A stretch of DNA of 64,000 nucleotides from a virus (lineage: Duplodnaviria > Caudoviricetes): the IMG/VR virus record IMGVR_UViG_3300031673_000001; one strand, 5' to 3'. The notes beneath the pieces are model-generated. The model did no database searches and was not told the DNA's origin. It saw only the letters and a program-made list of their open reading frames with translations. Position 1 is the stretch's first letter; each line of letters starts with the position of its first letter. Of this stretch, positions 20,583 to 30,923 are shown one piece after another. The translations under genes and the position numbers were made by a program.

Positions 20583-21446
20583 TTAATTCCCTCCAGAGGT
20601 CTTATCCTTATAATAATCTCTAATTTTAAAGTAAATTTCTTTTAAAAATTTATAGTAAGATATAATTATATCGTCCATCTTTTCTTTATATGAATCTATA
20701 TTTGAAGCTAAAATTTCAAAAAGTTCAATTGATTGAGAAACATATCTTCGTATTTCTGTAAGTTCAGGATCTGCTTCAGAAGCTAAATATGATTCGATTG
20801 ATGTTAACCTTGTATATATTTTTTTCAATTCATAGATTCTGCCAAGATCATGGGGAGATTTTTCTTCTTCAGCACCTGCACCACCCATTCCCATATCTCC
20901 GCCTGCTTCATCACCCATGTCCCCCATATCTCCGCCCATATCTCCGCCCATATCTCCGCCTGGTTGCTCTGCGTTCATAGATGGGTCGGTTGTAGCTGGA
21001 TCTGCTGGAAGCGCCATATCATCTCCAGCATTCTCTTCCGGTGCTTCCGCAGAAGGATCCATTTCATCTTCGCCTTGTTCTCTAATTTTAATATCTTGGC
21101 CGTCAGATGTTCTCATTAATTTAGTTGGTTTTTTATTTTCTTCTTCATCTTCATCTCCAGAAGGAGCAGAATAATCAAAAGGTTGACCACTCTTATTATC
21201 AGGAAGTTGCGCTGCACTATGTCCACCTCCACCTGCTGGTAAAGCACCAATGTTAGAACTTGTTTTATATGGTTCTTCTGTTGATAAATCATTATCTGCA
21301 GAACCTTTATAACTAACATCACCAGCAATAGGTTTCATAAATGGACTACTATTAGAATCGTAATCCTTATCTACAACTTTAAACTTGTTAGATTTTATAA
21401 TCGTTTTATCATATAATTTTGTTAGTGTATCAGTGGATGATGCCAT
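20583..21446 (-). CDS. acidic low-complexity head-module protein
   Basis: GGDM repeats (CCCATATCTCCG tandem near 20921-20960); helical C-terminus. Confidence 0.6.
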   Translation of the reverse strand: MASSTDTLTKLYDKTIIKSNKFKVVDKDYDSNSSPFMKPIAGDVSYKGSADNDLSTEEPYKTSSNIGALPAGGGGHSAAQLPDNKSGQPFDYSAPSGDEDEEENKKPTKLMRTSDGQDIKIREQGEDEMDPSAEAPEENAGDDMALPADPATTDPSMNAEQPGGDMGGDMGGDMGDMGDEAGGDMGMGGAGAEEEKSPHDLGRIYELKKIYTRLTSIESYLASEADPELTEIRRYVSQSIELFEILASNIDSYKEKMDDIIISYYKFLKEIYFKIRDYYKDKTSGGN

Positions 21447-21449
21447 AAT

Positions 21450-22100
21450 TTACCTCTTAACTTTTAACATAGCAGATAGTTGTTTTTCTATCTCTGTTAT
21501 TTTAGCTTTCTTTTCAACAACTTTATGTTGCAATTCTGCTACTTTCTTCTTAATTTTCATCTCACACTTTTGTTTATCTTTTGAATGGGCACATAATTTT
21601 ATCTTTGATTTTAAAATTTGTATCTGTTTTTCAAGAGCAGCAATATCAACTTGATGATGGCATTTTTTCTGTGCAGGACTATTGAGTTTATACTGTCTAC
21701 ATTTTTTTGGTTTTAATTGTTGTTTAATAACTTTACTAATCTTATATGATGCATAGATTATAGCAAGTGCAGCAGCAGATCCAGCAATTACCTGTTGAGT
21801 TGTAGTTAGATTTGACAAAGTTTTAGAAATTTGATCTCCAAGATCACTAATATCACCTGCTGGATCTATTTTTTCAAAAGCATCAAGACCCTTTTTACTG
21901 GTATCTATACTCCATTTTGCCTCTAATAGCATCTGTTTAAGATCTTCTACCATCAAATCCAACTCTACATGCTGAACACTTTCCAAATAAATTTCCAATA
22001 TAGGATTATTTATTTCAGTTATATTCTCTCTTAAAATTCCACCTTTTTTTAAAGATTGATTTTCTTTTAAAATTTTTAAATAAGTCTCATCTGATAACAT
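21450..22100 (-). CDS. putative internal head protein, divergent paralog 5
   Basis: Hydrophobic helix followed by a C-x12-C-x22-C-x8-C basic domain. Confidence 0.5.
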   Translation of the reverse strand: MLSDETYLKILKENQSLKKGGILRENITEINNPILEIYLESVQHVELDLMVEDLKQMLLEAKWSIDTSKKGLDAFEKIDPAGDISDLGDQISKTLSNLTTTQQVIAGSAAALAIIYASYKISKVIKQQLKPKKCRQYKLNSPAQKKCHHQVDIAALEKQIQILKSKIKLCAHSKDKQKCEMKIKKKVAELQHKVVEKKAKITEIEKQLSAMLKVKR

Positions 22101-22112
22101 TTTTCTTCCTCC

Positions 22113-24077
22113 TTAGAAGCTTCCACCCATTCCACCCATTCCACCCATTCCACCACCCATTTCATCTTCTTTCTTGGATGGGTCAACTGCTGTTTCAACT
22201 TTTTCATCAATATCATATTTTTTAATTTCTGCCCAATCAAAGTTAGGTAGATATTTTCTCTTTGAGTATTCTTTTGGAATACCAATTCTTTCAAGACTAT
22301 CAATCAGTCCAGTTATTTCGTTCATATATCTAGCTTCTCTTTCAAATTGTAGTGATTTTGGTGTGGGTAATGCAACTTCTATATTATCTAATAATGTTAA
22401 TGCTTCTTCTGGATCAATTATATCAAAAATCTTTTGAACTAATTCTGTAAATTGATGTGTCAAATACTTTTGATGACCAATAACAGTTCTAGCAAAAAGA
22501 ATATTTTCTTCGCTTAATGCTGCTTTGTTTGAAAGGTTCTCTTCTATACCAATAAAACTTGGAGGAACACCCAAACTAGCAACCATTTGGTCTCTCATAA
22601 ATTTTAATTCATCAACCTTGCTTCTAACATCCACATTTCCCTCATTGAATGTAGAAATATCAACAAAAGGTTTTCCATCTTTTTGTGGAATATAAACATC
22701 TTCAAACGTAGTGATCATACTTGGAATTGTATCCACGGTTCCAAAGCTATCAAGACTTACTTTACGTTTTCTAAACTCTTCTTTCATAGCTTCAATTACA
22801 TTTCTAGCATCTCTTGGCAGACCAATTTCAACAGCAATCTTTCTTTTTTCTGTTGATCTAGAAAGTCTCTGAACAGCTAAAGCAGTTTCAAGAGCGATCA
22901 AAACCTTTCCTGCATATTGAACCCCATCAAAAATTGATTCTCCGTATGGATGGAATCTCGTTGATGGAATTCTAAAATGAACTACTTTATCGGGCGGAAC
23001 ATATCTAATTTGCATTGCTTCATTAATATCAGATCCTCGAACCATTGCTTTAATAATATCTACTAGTTCTCTATTATTTTTAAATTCCTTCATCTGTGGA
23101 ATTTTCTTTTCAACACTCTGTATAATAGATTTACATATTTGATTGACCATATCGTCTTCAAGAGCTGGTCCAATAATACCAAATGATGTAATATTTGGAA
23201 AAACTAAATATCCAAAGCATATTGGAAATAATGAACTCTGTAATTTTACAACCAAACTAGGTTTGTGAAAAACAAGATTTAAATTTTTTATTTTCCTTTC
23301 TAATTTTTTAGTTCTGTTTGCATCAATTTTATCTGCTGGTTCCGGAGTAGTTCTTTCCATTACTTCATTAAATGCTCTATAATCAATATCTACTTCAAAT
23401 TTAAAAGAATCTGCTTTTCCATTTACTTTTTTATGGACAAAACTTATTCTGTCAATATCTCCAGATTGAATTGATTCCTCTACTTGACTTAAATATGTTT
23501 TAGATTCTGCTAATATTGTTTTACTTGTTAATGCAGTTTTTGCACTTGCAATTTCACAAAAGAAATCACCAAATGTAAGAGTATTTTTAACAATTATATC
23601 AAGTCGTTCTTCTAACTTAATTTGTTTAATAATAGTTTTAACTCTTTTAACTCTTGACTCATTTGGTAACTCATCTTCTAAAAATGTTTTAGGTTTAATT
23701 TCAAGACTTATTTTTGTAATATCATCCGGAGACAATATATTATCAACTAAAACATTCAATGCTCTATGATTATAACTAATATGTGAAACAAGAGCTTCAT
23801 ATGTTTTATATCTATTTAATCTAGCTCCTTGTCCAAAAGCTGTTGGTCCTGATGATGCCTGTGCAAATATACCTCCTGACTGTGGAGATATTAACATGCT
23901 ACCAGTTGATTTAGATATCACACTCTTTACAAGATTTATATATCCAAGTCTTCCACTATTAGCTTTATATTTAATGATGTCTTTAGTTGCTTGATCTAAC
24001 TTTGCATCTACTTTTTGTGTTCGAGTGCCAACGAGAGTTGATTTTAATTGCGCATAAAGATCTTCAATTTTAGCCAT
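22113..24077 (-). CDS. portal protein, T4 gp20-like
   Basis: R.SRSTEKRKI.VEIG, EDVYIP.KDG, DELKFMRDQM.ASLGVP.SFI, EENILFAR.V..HQ. Confidence 0.9.
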   Translation of the reverse strand: MAKIEDLYAQLKSTLVGTRTQKVDAKLDQATKDIIKYKANSGRLGYINLVKSVISKSTGSMLISPQSGGIFAQASSGPTAFGQGARLNRYKTYEALVSHISYNHRALNVLVDNILSPDDITKISLEIKPKTFLEDELPNESRVKRVKTIIKQIKLEERLDIIVKNTLTFGDFFCEIASAKTALTSKTILAESKTYLSQVEESIQSGDIDRISFVHKKVNGKADSFKFEVDIDYRAFNEVMERTTPEPADKIDANRTKKLERKIKNLNLVFHKPSLVVKLQSSLFPICFGYLVFPNITSFGIIGPALEDDMVNQICKSIIQSVEKKIPQMKEFKNNRELVDIIKAMVRGSDINEAMQIRYVPPDKVVHFRIPSTRFHPYGESIFDGVQYAGKVLIALETALAVQRLSRSTEKRKIAVEIGLPRDARNVIEAMKEEFRKRKVSLDSFGTVDTIPSMITTFEDVYIPQKDGKPFVDISTFNEGNVDVRSKVDELKFMRDQMVASLGVPPSFIGIEENLSNKAALSEENILFARTVIGHQKYLTHQFTELVQKIFDIIDPEEALTLLDNIEVALPTPKSLQFEREARYMNEITGLIDSLERIGIPKEYSKRKYLPNFDWAEIKKYDIDEKVETAVDPSKKEDEMGGGMGGMGGMGGSF

Positions 24078-24087
24078 TCATAACTCC

Positions 24088-24327
24088 TTATCTTCTTGCT
24101 TTACTCCTAACTCTCGGAGAGTATTTTTTATGAATCATTGCTCGATATTTATAATACATTTCACGATATTTTACCATTCTCGCATATAGAGGATCATTTT
24201 TTTTACGAGCTTCAACGCTAGCAAGTTGTCCTGTTGCTTTCTTAATTTTTGTCTGACGAGTAACAACAGCACGACTAGTACGTTTTGCCTCGTTTAGTAT
24301 TTCTTGAGTAATAGGATCTAAACTCAT
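24088..24327 (-). CDS. small basic putative core protein
   Basis: Acidic leader ending ILNE, then a strongly Arg/Lys-rich body. Confidence 0.55.
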   Translation of the reverse strand: MSLDPITQEILNEAKRTSRAVVTRQTKIKKATGQLASVEARKKNDPLYARMVKYREMYYKYRAMIHKKYSPRVRSKARR

Positions 24328-24770
24328 TTGTTCTCTTCCTCACCCATAGTTAAATTATCTAACGCTGTTGATCTAATCTCATCTGTTTCATATTTTATAT
24401 TAAAATATTCAATTATATTAAAAGTCAAAGCGTCATCCCCACCATATAAATATTTCAACTCATCATATATCATTGGACCCATCATTTTAATTACTAATCT
24501 TCCATATGATGAAGACGCTTCATCAAATTTATCATTTGGAATCCCTGTTGCTTCAAGTGAGTAAATTAAAATTTGATCCTTATGTATAATCTCATATGCT
24601 CTTTCCATATGATACTGTAATATAGCTACATAGCTATCAAAATGATCGAGTATATTTTGTTTTTTTTGAATCTCTTGTTTTCTTACTATAACTATAATAG
24701 TTACTATAAACATTAAGATTAAAATTATAGCAACCAATGAAATAATTAAATATTCAGATGTAGACGTCAT
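24324..24770 (-). CDS. membrane-anchored hypothetical protein
   Basis: Strong N-terminal transmembrane helix. Confidence 0.65.
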   Translation of the reverse strand: MTSTSEYLIISLVAIILILMFIVTIIVIVRKQEIQKKQNILDHFDSYVAILQYHMERAYEIIHKDQILIYSLEATGIPNDKFDEASSSYGRLVIKMMGPMIYDELKYLYGGDDALTFNIIEYFNIKYETDEIRSTALDNLTMGEEENK

Positions 24771-24774
24771 TTCA

Positions 24775-25083
24775 CTACTCCATATCTGTAACTATATCCT
24801 CTGTAAAAGTTTCAATAGTTTGTTCTACTTTTTCATCATTAATTTCAGGTTGCTTTATAGGAGTGACTTCTTTGGTAGGATATTCGACATCTTTTTCAAC
24901 AACGATGCCAGATATATAACTAGGTCTAACTAAAACTGAAGTGTGTGAAGTTTTTACAACTGCTACTGTAGTTCCTCGCATCATATCTAGTAAGAATTTA
25001 ATTGTTTCTTCTGTAGTTTGTTCATCATTATCATCTAATAATTCAATCGGACCATCTTTCGTATTTATAGTTATTCTTTTCAT
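24775..25083 (-). CDS. hypothetical protein
   Basis: 102 aa ORF with RBS. Confidence 0.6.
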   Translation of the reverse strand: MKRITINTKDGPIELLDDNDEQTTEETIKFLLDMMRGTTVAVVKTSHTSVLVRPSYISGIVVEKDVEYPTKEVTPIKQPEINDEKVEQTIETFTEDIVTDME

Positions 25084-25394
25084 TCCTTTTCCTTTTTTGA
25101 ATCCATCACTAATTGATCAAGAATACTTCTAGTTTCATTTTCATCATCAAATATTTCTTCAATAACAACTTCTTCAACTTCCGTTACAGGAACGAACTTT
25201 TTATATAAATTAAATTCTTTATCGACCTCATCTTTAGACCTAATTGAATATTCTTCAGCACCTACCTGACGAAGCATCACCTTAAACAATTTAACCTCTT
25301 CTTTTGTTAATGTGAACTTGGCAGGAGTTCTTATTGGTCTGCCCTTATGTGTCAAAAGCTTATTCGGAGTTTTAACCTCTAATATGTAATGCAT
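25080..25394 (-). CDS. hypothetical protein
   Basis: 104 aa ORF with RBS. Confidence 0.6.
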   Translation of the reverse strand: MHYILEVKTPNKLLTHKGRPIRTPAKFTLTKEEVKLFKVMLRQVGAEEYSIRSKDEVDKEFNLYKKFVPVTEVEEVVIEEIFDDENETRSILDQLVMDSKKEKE

Positions 25395-25410
25395 TTCACT
25401 CCTTTCATAT

Positions 25411-25442
25411 GAGGGTTGAGAATTTCTATTTTCTCAACCCTC
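25411..25442. terminator. hairpin downstream of the acidic scaffold-like gene
   Basis: GAGGGTTGAGAA / TTCTCAACCCTC 12-bp inverted repeat. Confidence 0.55.
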
Positions 25443-25468
25443 AAAACATCTAAAATATTTAGTCGACT

Positions 25469-26476
25469 TTATTTATCTTCATCCTCGTCTTCTTCTTCAT
25501 CCTCGTCTTCTTCTTCTTCCTCAATTTCTTCTTTAAAAAGTTTAAAAGCTTCTTCTAGATCGTCTTGATCTGAATCTTCTGCATCTGGTCCACCAGGAAA
25601 TCCTGCAGCTTCTTCAACTTTTTTATCTACATCTAGATCTTTTTCTTCTTCTTCTCCACCTTCTTCTCCACCTTCTTCTCCACCTTCTTCATCTGTATCT
25701 TCTATTTCTTGCATCAATTTTTCAATTAGTTTATCTTCATTATAATTTTTTGGTTTTACCATTTGATCGTGACGATCTTTTCTATCAGGAACTTGACCAT
25801 CAGATGATCCTGTTCCAGCTTGATCTTCTCCGCCAACACCTTTGGTATCTTCCTCAGGACCTTTTGCTTTCTTTTCTTGTGGAGCATCTGGAACACCTTT
25901 GAAATCACTAGATACATTTCCATCGCTTTCTTCTACTGCTTCTTCTTCATCTCCTTCGTCTTCATCTTCATCTTCATCTTCTTCCATTTCTGAAATTAAT
26001 TTTTCAATAACTGCATTTTCTACTTCTTCTGACAAATCTACATCTGCTGATTCGTCAGTGTACTTTTTCTTCTTGGGAACATCATCGTCATCCCATTCTT
26101 TCTCACTAACCATCCCTTCTTTAGCAATGTCTTTACCTTTTTCATCTTTGGAAGCTGGAATTGTAGCAGCATCACTTGTTCCTGCTTGTTCCTCTCCACC
26201 CGGTCCTTCTGTATGTTCGGAACCAGCTTTTGATTTTACACCCTTATCATTTTCATAATCAGACTCGGAAACTTCCACACCTTTCTCTCGCTTCTCATTG
26301 AAGTAATACCTTTCGAGAACACTTGCAGCATCCTTATAAGTGGGTAGTTCGCCATCGCCTTCATACGACAAAATCGGGTCCAACATCGGACCTTTGACAT
26401 CTACATTATTTGACGTATCAAATTCACTAATAGCTTCTTTTAATAACTGTTGATATGATACAACTTTTTTGCTCAT
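25469..26476 (-). CDS. very acidic prohead scaffold/core-like protein
   Basis: Glu/Asp-rich, internal repeat (GG.EQAGT twice), location in the head module, own promoter motif. Confidence 0.55.
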   Translation of the reverse strand: MSKKVVSYQQLLKEAISEFDTSNNVDVKGPMLDPILSYEGDGELPTYKDAASVLERYYFNEKREKGVEVSESDYENDKGVKSKAGSEHTEGPGGEEQAGTSDAATIPASKDEKGKDIAKEGMVSEKEWDDDDVPKKKKYTDESADVDLSEEVENAVIEKLISEMEEDEDEDEDEGDEEEAVEESDGNVSSDFKGVPDAPQEKKAKGPEEDTKGVGGEDQAGTGSSDGQVPDRKDRHDQMVKPKNYNEDKLIEKLMQEIEDTDEEGGEEGGEEGGEEEEKDLDVDKKVEEAAGFPGGPDAEDSDQDDLEEAFKLFKEEIEEEEEDEDEEEDEDEDK

Positions 26477-26576
26477 CTTTCTATTCCTCCATAGTAATAT
26501 TAAGGTATAAATACCTTACCAAATCCAATTTATAATATGTTCTAATATTTATAAGAAACTACATCCAGTTCGTTTC

Positions 26577-28091
26577 TTAAAATTTCATATCACCAAAACC
26601 TGAAAATGACGAGATAGCATTACACGAATCTTTATTAGAAGAAAATGATGATGATTTTTCAGGGTTTGAACTTAAACTTGCTGACACAAACAAAAAATGT
26701 TCAAAATTTGCTATATATTCAATTCCTAAATTACTACGACCCGATCTATTTTTTCCCACTTTTCCATGTATTTTTTTATCATCAGTCATATCTCTTGCTA
26801 GTAATATAATACAATCTGCATGTTCTACTTTCTTAATTGATTCAGACATTTGATCAAGATTCAACTCGCCAGAATCTTTTATTCTATATGCTGCTCTACC
26901 CAATTGAGATCCTGTTACAACAGGGATATTATATTCAACTCCTATTGTTTTCAAAGATAATGCTATATGACCCAACTCAATTCTGTATAGATCATATTTA
27001 TTATCTGTTTTTAACAAATCTAAATAATCAACATATAAACCACTAATAGATTCTTTTCCATAAATATTTATTACATCATCAAGCACACCCATTAAATCAA
27101 TTGTACTGATGGATAATGCTGGAAAATATTTCATTACAATTGTTGAGTTATTTTGTAATAAAATATTATTAATTCTAGCTTTAATATCAACACCATGTGA
27201 AATGTCATAGAGCATATCTCGTAAACTTTTATTAAACAACCCCTGATAGATTCTCATAAGGGATTCTTCAATTGTATTTTCCATAGTTACATAAACGTAA
27301 ACTCTAGTAATCTCTCCAGCTGGTGGTGGTACAAAGTCAGGAAATTCCATATAATTTATCGGTTTGATTATTGATTTAAAAATCGTATTAGTTAACATTG
27401 TTGATTTACCTGAACCTGAACCCCCACCATAAATATAAAGTCTTGAAGGTTCATAACCTCCATTCATTACAAAACCATCAATTATGTCAAACCCTGTTGA
27501 TACTGTACTATGTTTTTCATATTTTTTCTTGATCATTTCAATAACATGACTAAAATCATCTTTTCCTATATCTAAAGAAGCTGCTGCCTCAATTGTAATT
27601 TGTCTATTTGACTCCATCATATTTGAAAACAGACCTTTTATTGTTAACTCATATTTACTAACCAGATCATCAATAGCTTCAAATGATCCCGTTTTTATTG
27701 TATTTAGAATTTCATCTAGATCATCATAATTTTCAAATAATGATTTTATTTTTTTACGAATACGAACCTGCTTTAAATAATCTTGAAAAACATCATCCTT
27801 CATATCTTCTGTAATAACACGATATAAAAAATCTGAATATTGTTTAAACTTTCCACTCACAAGACTATCATAAACTGAATCAATTTGTCTTCCCTCCAAT
27901 AGCATATTAGAAGCTTTTTTTAGACAACTTAATTTACCTTTAACTTCTATTGGTATCTCGAATGAATGTTTGGTTTCATAAAAATCAATAATCTCTAAAA
28001 TATCTCTATATAAACCAGGCGATCTTTTAATCTTTGACTGTTTATTTAATAGTAAGGATAAACAGCTATTTACAAAAGATTCTGTTAGCAC
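26577..28091 (-). CDS. replicative DnaB-like helicase, T4 gp41-like
   Basis: Walker A GGSGSGKST, VTME, Walker B YVDYLD, SQLGR, SESI.K...AD, KNRSG. Confidence 0.9.
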   Translation of the reverse strand: MLTESFVNSCLSLLLNKQSKIKRSPGLYRDILEIIDFYETKHSFEIPIEVKGKLSCLKKASNMLLEGRQIDSVYDSLVSGKFKQYSDFLYRVITEDMKDDVFQDYLKQVRIRKKIKSLFENYDDLDEILNTIKTGSFEAIDDLVSKYELTIKGLFSNMMESNRQITIEAAASLDIGKDDFSHVIEMIKKKYEKHSTVSTGFDIIDGFVMNGGYEPSRLYIYGGGSGSGKSTMLTNTIFKSIIKPINYMEFPDFVPPPAGEITRVYVYVTMENTIEESLMRIYQGLFNKSLRDMLYDISHGVDIKARINNILLQNNSTIVMKYFPALSISTIDLMGVLDDVINIYGKESISGLYVDYLDLLKTDNKYDLYRIELGHIALSLKTIGVEYNIPVVTGSQLGRAAYRIKDSGELNLDQMSESIKKVEHADCIILLARDMTDDKKIHGKVGKNRSGRSNLGIEYIANFEHFLFVSASLSSNPEKSSSFSSNKDSCNAISSFSGFGDMKF

Positions 28092-28104
28092 AAAAGTTAC
28101 CTCC

Positions 28105-29514
28105 TTAAAATTTGAATGTCAATTCAGGTTTTTCTAATTCCATAAACTCATCCTTTGATAAACACTTGTTGACAATATACTCACAATATTCTTCATCAAG
28201 ATCCCTCAACATATCAAGAGATTTAGATATACTGTGTGACTTAATCTTTTGTTTTTTTGTTAACTTTCCTTGATTTAGAATCCTTGTAGTCATAAGACAC
28301 ATCTCATTAAACGCTTCTACTTCGCCAGATTCATAAACAGGATATGATTCATTAGCAAACTGTCTCATTCCTTCCTGTAAGTGCGCATAAATACCCAAGG
28401 TATAAAGAATTGAATAAACTTTTACATCTTCATGAAATGTCTTTGTTGTACTATCATAAACTCCATCAGTTGAAATCTCTTTAAATCCGTATTTTCTCGC
28501 ACATTCATTTAAGACCTTTTCAAACATCTCTTCAACTCTAAAACCTGTATATGATCCATTATTTAAAATGGTATCAAATCTCTTATCTAAATTATCAGAT
28601 TTAATACTCATTTTTCTAATGTGATTATGCTTATCTGCAACATGAACAAATCTTGCGTGCATAACCTGCTTATAAATTCCAGATGAATCATATGTTATAT
28701 TTAAATCAATGTTATGAACCTTTTTTGTAGTTATTCTAAATAACTCATAAAATAATATATCTCTAAAATTTGCTCCACCCAATATATGAAAATTTAAATA
28801 ATTTCTTCCATATTTTATACACTCATTGAGTAACGGTATAAGAGGTAATACATAAATGATACAAGGAATTGACATATCACCAGACATATTAGCAACGATA
28901 CCACCAGTGCCATGATAATTAAAACTCGGAAAGAACTCATGATCTCTCATCAATTTAGTATATATTTTCCATAATCTAGGAGTTCTAAAATGATGAATAT
29001 AAATAATTTTTTCTCTTACATGATCTGGCAGATCTCTAGCAATTTCATATGATTTTAAATTAATATCATAAACATCTTTAAAGTCTTTGAATATTTCACA
29101 ACCAGGTCCAGGAGGGATATCAAGTATAAATGCTTTATCATAAACCTTATAACTATCCTCTAACCATTTATAGTACATTTCAAATAATAAGTCTGATTCT
29201 ATACGTGTTAGTTTTCCAATTGAAATTTGAAAACCTCCACTATCTGCTATTAAATTACAACCATCGAAAATTCTCATTTCTCTACATTTTTTAAATAGAT
29301 CATATTCTTTTTGATTATATTTATCATACTTTTTCTTTCCTGGAAAATCTTGACCATATGAATGTAAAAATCCTGCACCAATATTTGCAAGAAAATGGGA
29401 GATTTGTTCTCTCGTAAAATTATTTTCAAATCTCCCTCTTTTCCCAAGAAAAAAATTGTCAACAATTGTTGCTAATGTTTCAAATCCAGCTAAAATATAA
29501 CCACTTTTTACCAT
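28105..29514 (-). CDS. TGT-superfamily guanine transglycosylase, DpdA-like
   Basis: IADSGGFQ, FILD.P, GG, FHILG, TYDSS motifs of the TGT TIM barrel. Confidence 0.75.
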   Translation of the reverse strand: MVKSGYILAGFETLATIVDNFFLGKRGRFENNFTREQISHFLANIGAGFLHSYGQDFPGKKKYDKYNQKEYDLFKKCREMRIFDGCNLIADSGGFQISIGKLTRIESDLLFEMYYKWLEDSYKVYDKAFILDIPPGPGCEIFKDFKDVYDINLKSYEIARDLPDHVREKIIYIHHFRTPRLWKIYTKLMRDHEFFPSFNYHGTGGIVANMSGDMSIPCIIYVLPLIPLLNECIKYGRNYLNFHILGGANFRDILFYELFRITTKKVHNIDLNITYDSSGIYKQVMHARFVHVADKHNHIRKMSIKSDNLDKRFDTILNNGSYTGFRVEEMFEKVLNECARKYGFKEISTDGVYDSTTKTFHEDVKVYSILYTLGIYAHLQEGMRQFANESYPVYESGEVEAFNEMCLMTTRILNQGKLTKKQKIKSHSISKSLDMLRDLDEEYCEYIVNKCLSKDEFMELEKPELTFKF

Positions 29515-29572
29515 ATCAACATTCTCCTATCCTCATCATTTATTCTTTGTTCTTAATTCACTTGTAGAAGAC

Positions 29573-30100
29573 TCACTTTAAAATTTCTTCAATGATATAT
29601 GGCGGACCAGTTGACATATCATAAGTACCTGATGCTTCTAAAGCAGTTAATATTCTTTTTTTAGAATCCTTCCATGCTTCTGTTGTATATAAGGATCCAA
29701 ACGCATATGAACTTCCTGAACCAATACATGTATAATCTTTAATCTCACTCATTTGAAAATCTACTAAAATTTCAAATAGTTTTCCATTTGAGGTCCCTAT
29801 TAAAAAATTTGACTCCATTAAATAAATTCCAGTTTCGGAATTTCTACCTAAGCATCCATTCTTCTCAAACTGTTCAATCATCTTATCAGGAAAGTCAAAA
29901 ATATTTTTGGGGGGTTTAAAGTATTCTGGTTTAAGTACCTGCCCAGATCTAATACTACCAATGTAACCAATCAAATAAGGTCCGTTAATAAATATCTTTT
30001 TACATTTTATTCGTCTCTTTTCACCATCCGAATTAGTAGCATAACTATCTGCTCCAATCAAGACTTTTCCACTATTCACAATACCAATAACAGTTGACAT
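29573..30100 (-). CDS. HslV/proteasome-beta-like Ntn peptidase
   Basis: N-terminal (S)TVIGI...IGADS, IGSGSSYA.G.L, ALEAS..YD..TGPP. Confidence 0.75.
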   Translation of the reverse strand: MSTVIGIVNSGKVLIGADSYATNSDGEKRRIKCKKIFINGPYLIGYIGSIRSGQVLKPEYFKPPKNIFDFPDKMIEQFEKNGCLGRNSETGIYLMESNFLIGTSNGKLFEILVDFQMSEIKDYTCIGSGSSYAFGSLYTTEAWKDSKKRILTALEASGTYDMSTGPPYIIEEILK

Positions 30101-30904
30101 TTACTCTCCCTTCAATTTTACATCATCTCGCATTCTTAAACACTTTGCAAGATCAAATGAATAATCATAAATATGAAGACCCTTACTTGTAGCAATTATC
30201 TCACCATCTTCAACTCCAATTTCTCCCGCCACATACTCCTTCAATAATTGAATTCCACCAAGATTGGCAGGAAAACCACCCCACAAGTCCCAACTTCTAA
30301 AGTAAGGATAAAAATGTAACTTTCCATCTTGAATCCTTGTGTCAATCTGTCTCAAGCAAGGGGGATCTTGAAGTAACATATCAGTTGGATGCGCCACTTG
30401 AAAAACCATCTGATTATTTCTATGTCCATACTTTTTATAGGTTTGAATAAGCAACTCAATCTGGTTTAAATAAAATATATTGTCCTCATACATAATAATT
30501 TTCTTATCTCTCATTTCTTCCATATCTTGAATTAAAATATCTTTCCATTGTGGTGAACTATATGCATATATAGGATAATCAATTGGATATTTAGTCAACC
30601 TCTGTCCATATGTATATGATTCGCCCATTTTTAATTCACCAGTCATTAAATACAAAAGATAATCATCTAAATAATCATCTGCAACTGGATTTGGTAAATT
30701 GTGATGGGATTCTATTTGAGGTGTTAACGGTCTATCACCAGGTCTTTTAATATAAACTGTAATCCAGTCAAACTCTAGTCTTTTTTGACCTTCATAAGAA
30801 CCACGATCAATTTTAAATACTGTACCTTCTTCAAGTATTTTAAATAGAGTTTGAAACCATGCGTCGCTCAAATCTCTTGCCTTAATGTACTGCATGTTTA
30901 ACAT
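30101..30904 (-). CDS. thyA: thymidylate synthase (ThyA fold)
   Basis: YTYGQRL, PPCL, FRSWD..GG.PAN, HIYD. Confidence 0.8.
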   Translation of the reverse strand: MLNMQYIKARDLSDAWFQTLFKILEEGTVFKIDRGSYEGQKRLEFDWITVYIKRPGDRPLTPQIESHHNLPNPVADDYLDDYLLYLMTGELKMGESYTYGQRLTKYPIDYPIYAYSSPQWKDILIQDMEEMRDKKIIMYEDNIFYLNQIELLIQTYKKYGHRNNQMVFQVAHPTDMLLQDPPCLRQIDTRIQDGKLHFYPYFRSWDLWGGFPANLGGIQLLKEYVAGEIGVEDGEIIATSKGLHIYDYSFDLAKCLRMRDDVKLKGE

Positions 30905-30923
30905 TTTAACCTTCCCTTCAAAA

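Noticed and set aside
20789-26258. Plus-strand ORFs 20789, 20850, 20917, 21385, 22174, 24328, 24941, 25842
   Set aside because: Antisense shadows of low-complexity head genes (Ser/Pro/Phe-rich mirror composition, no RBS).
30101-30904. dCMP hydroxymethylase (T4 gp42-like)
   Set aside because: It has Asn in the G.PAN motif, the dUMP-specific residue; a dUMP hydroxymethylase cannot be fully excluded without phylogeny.
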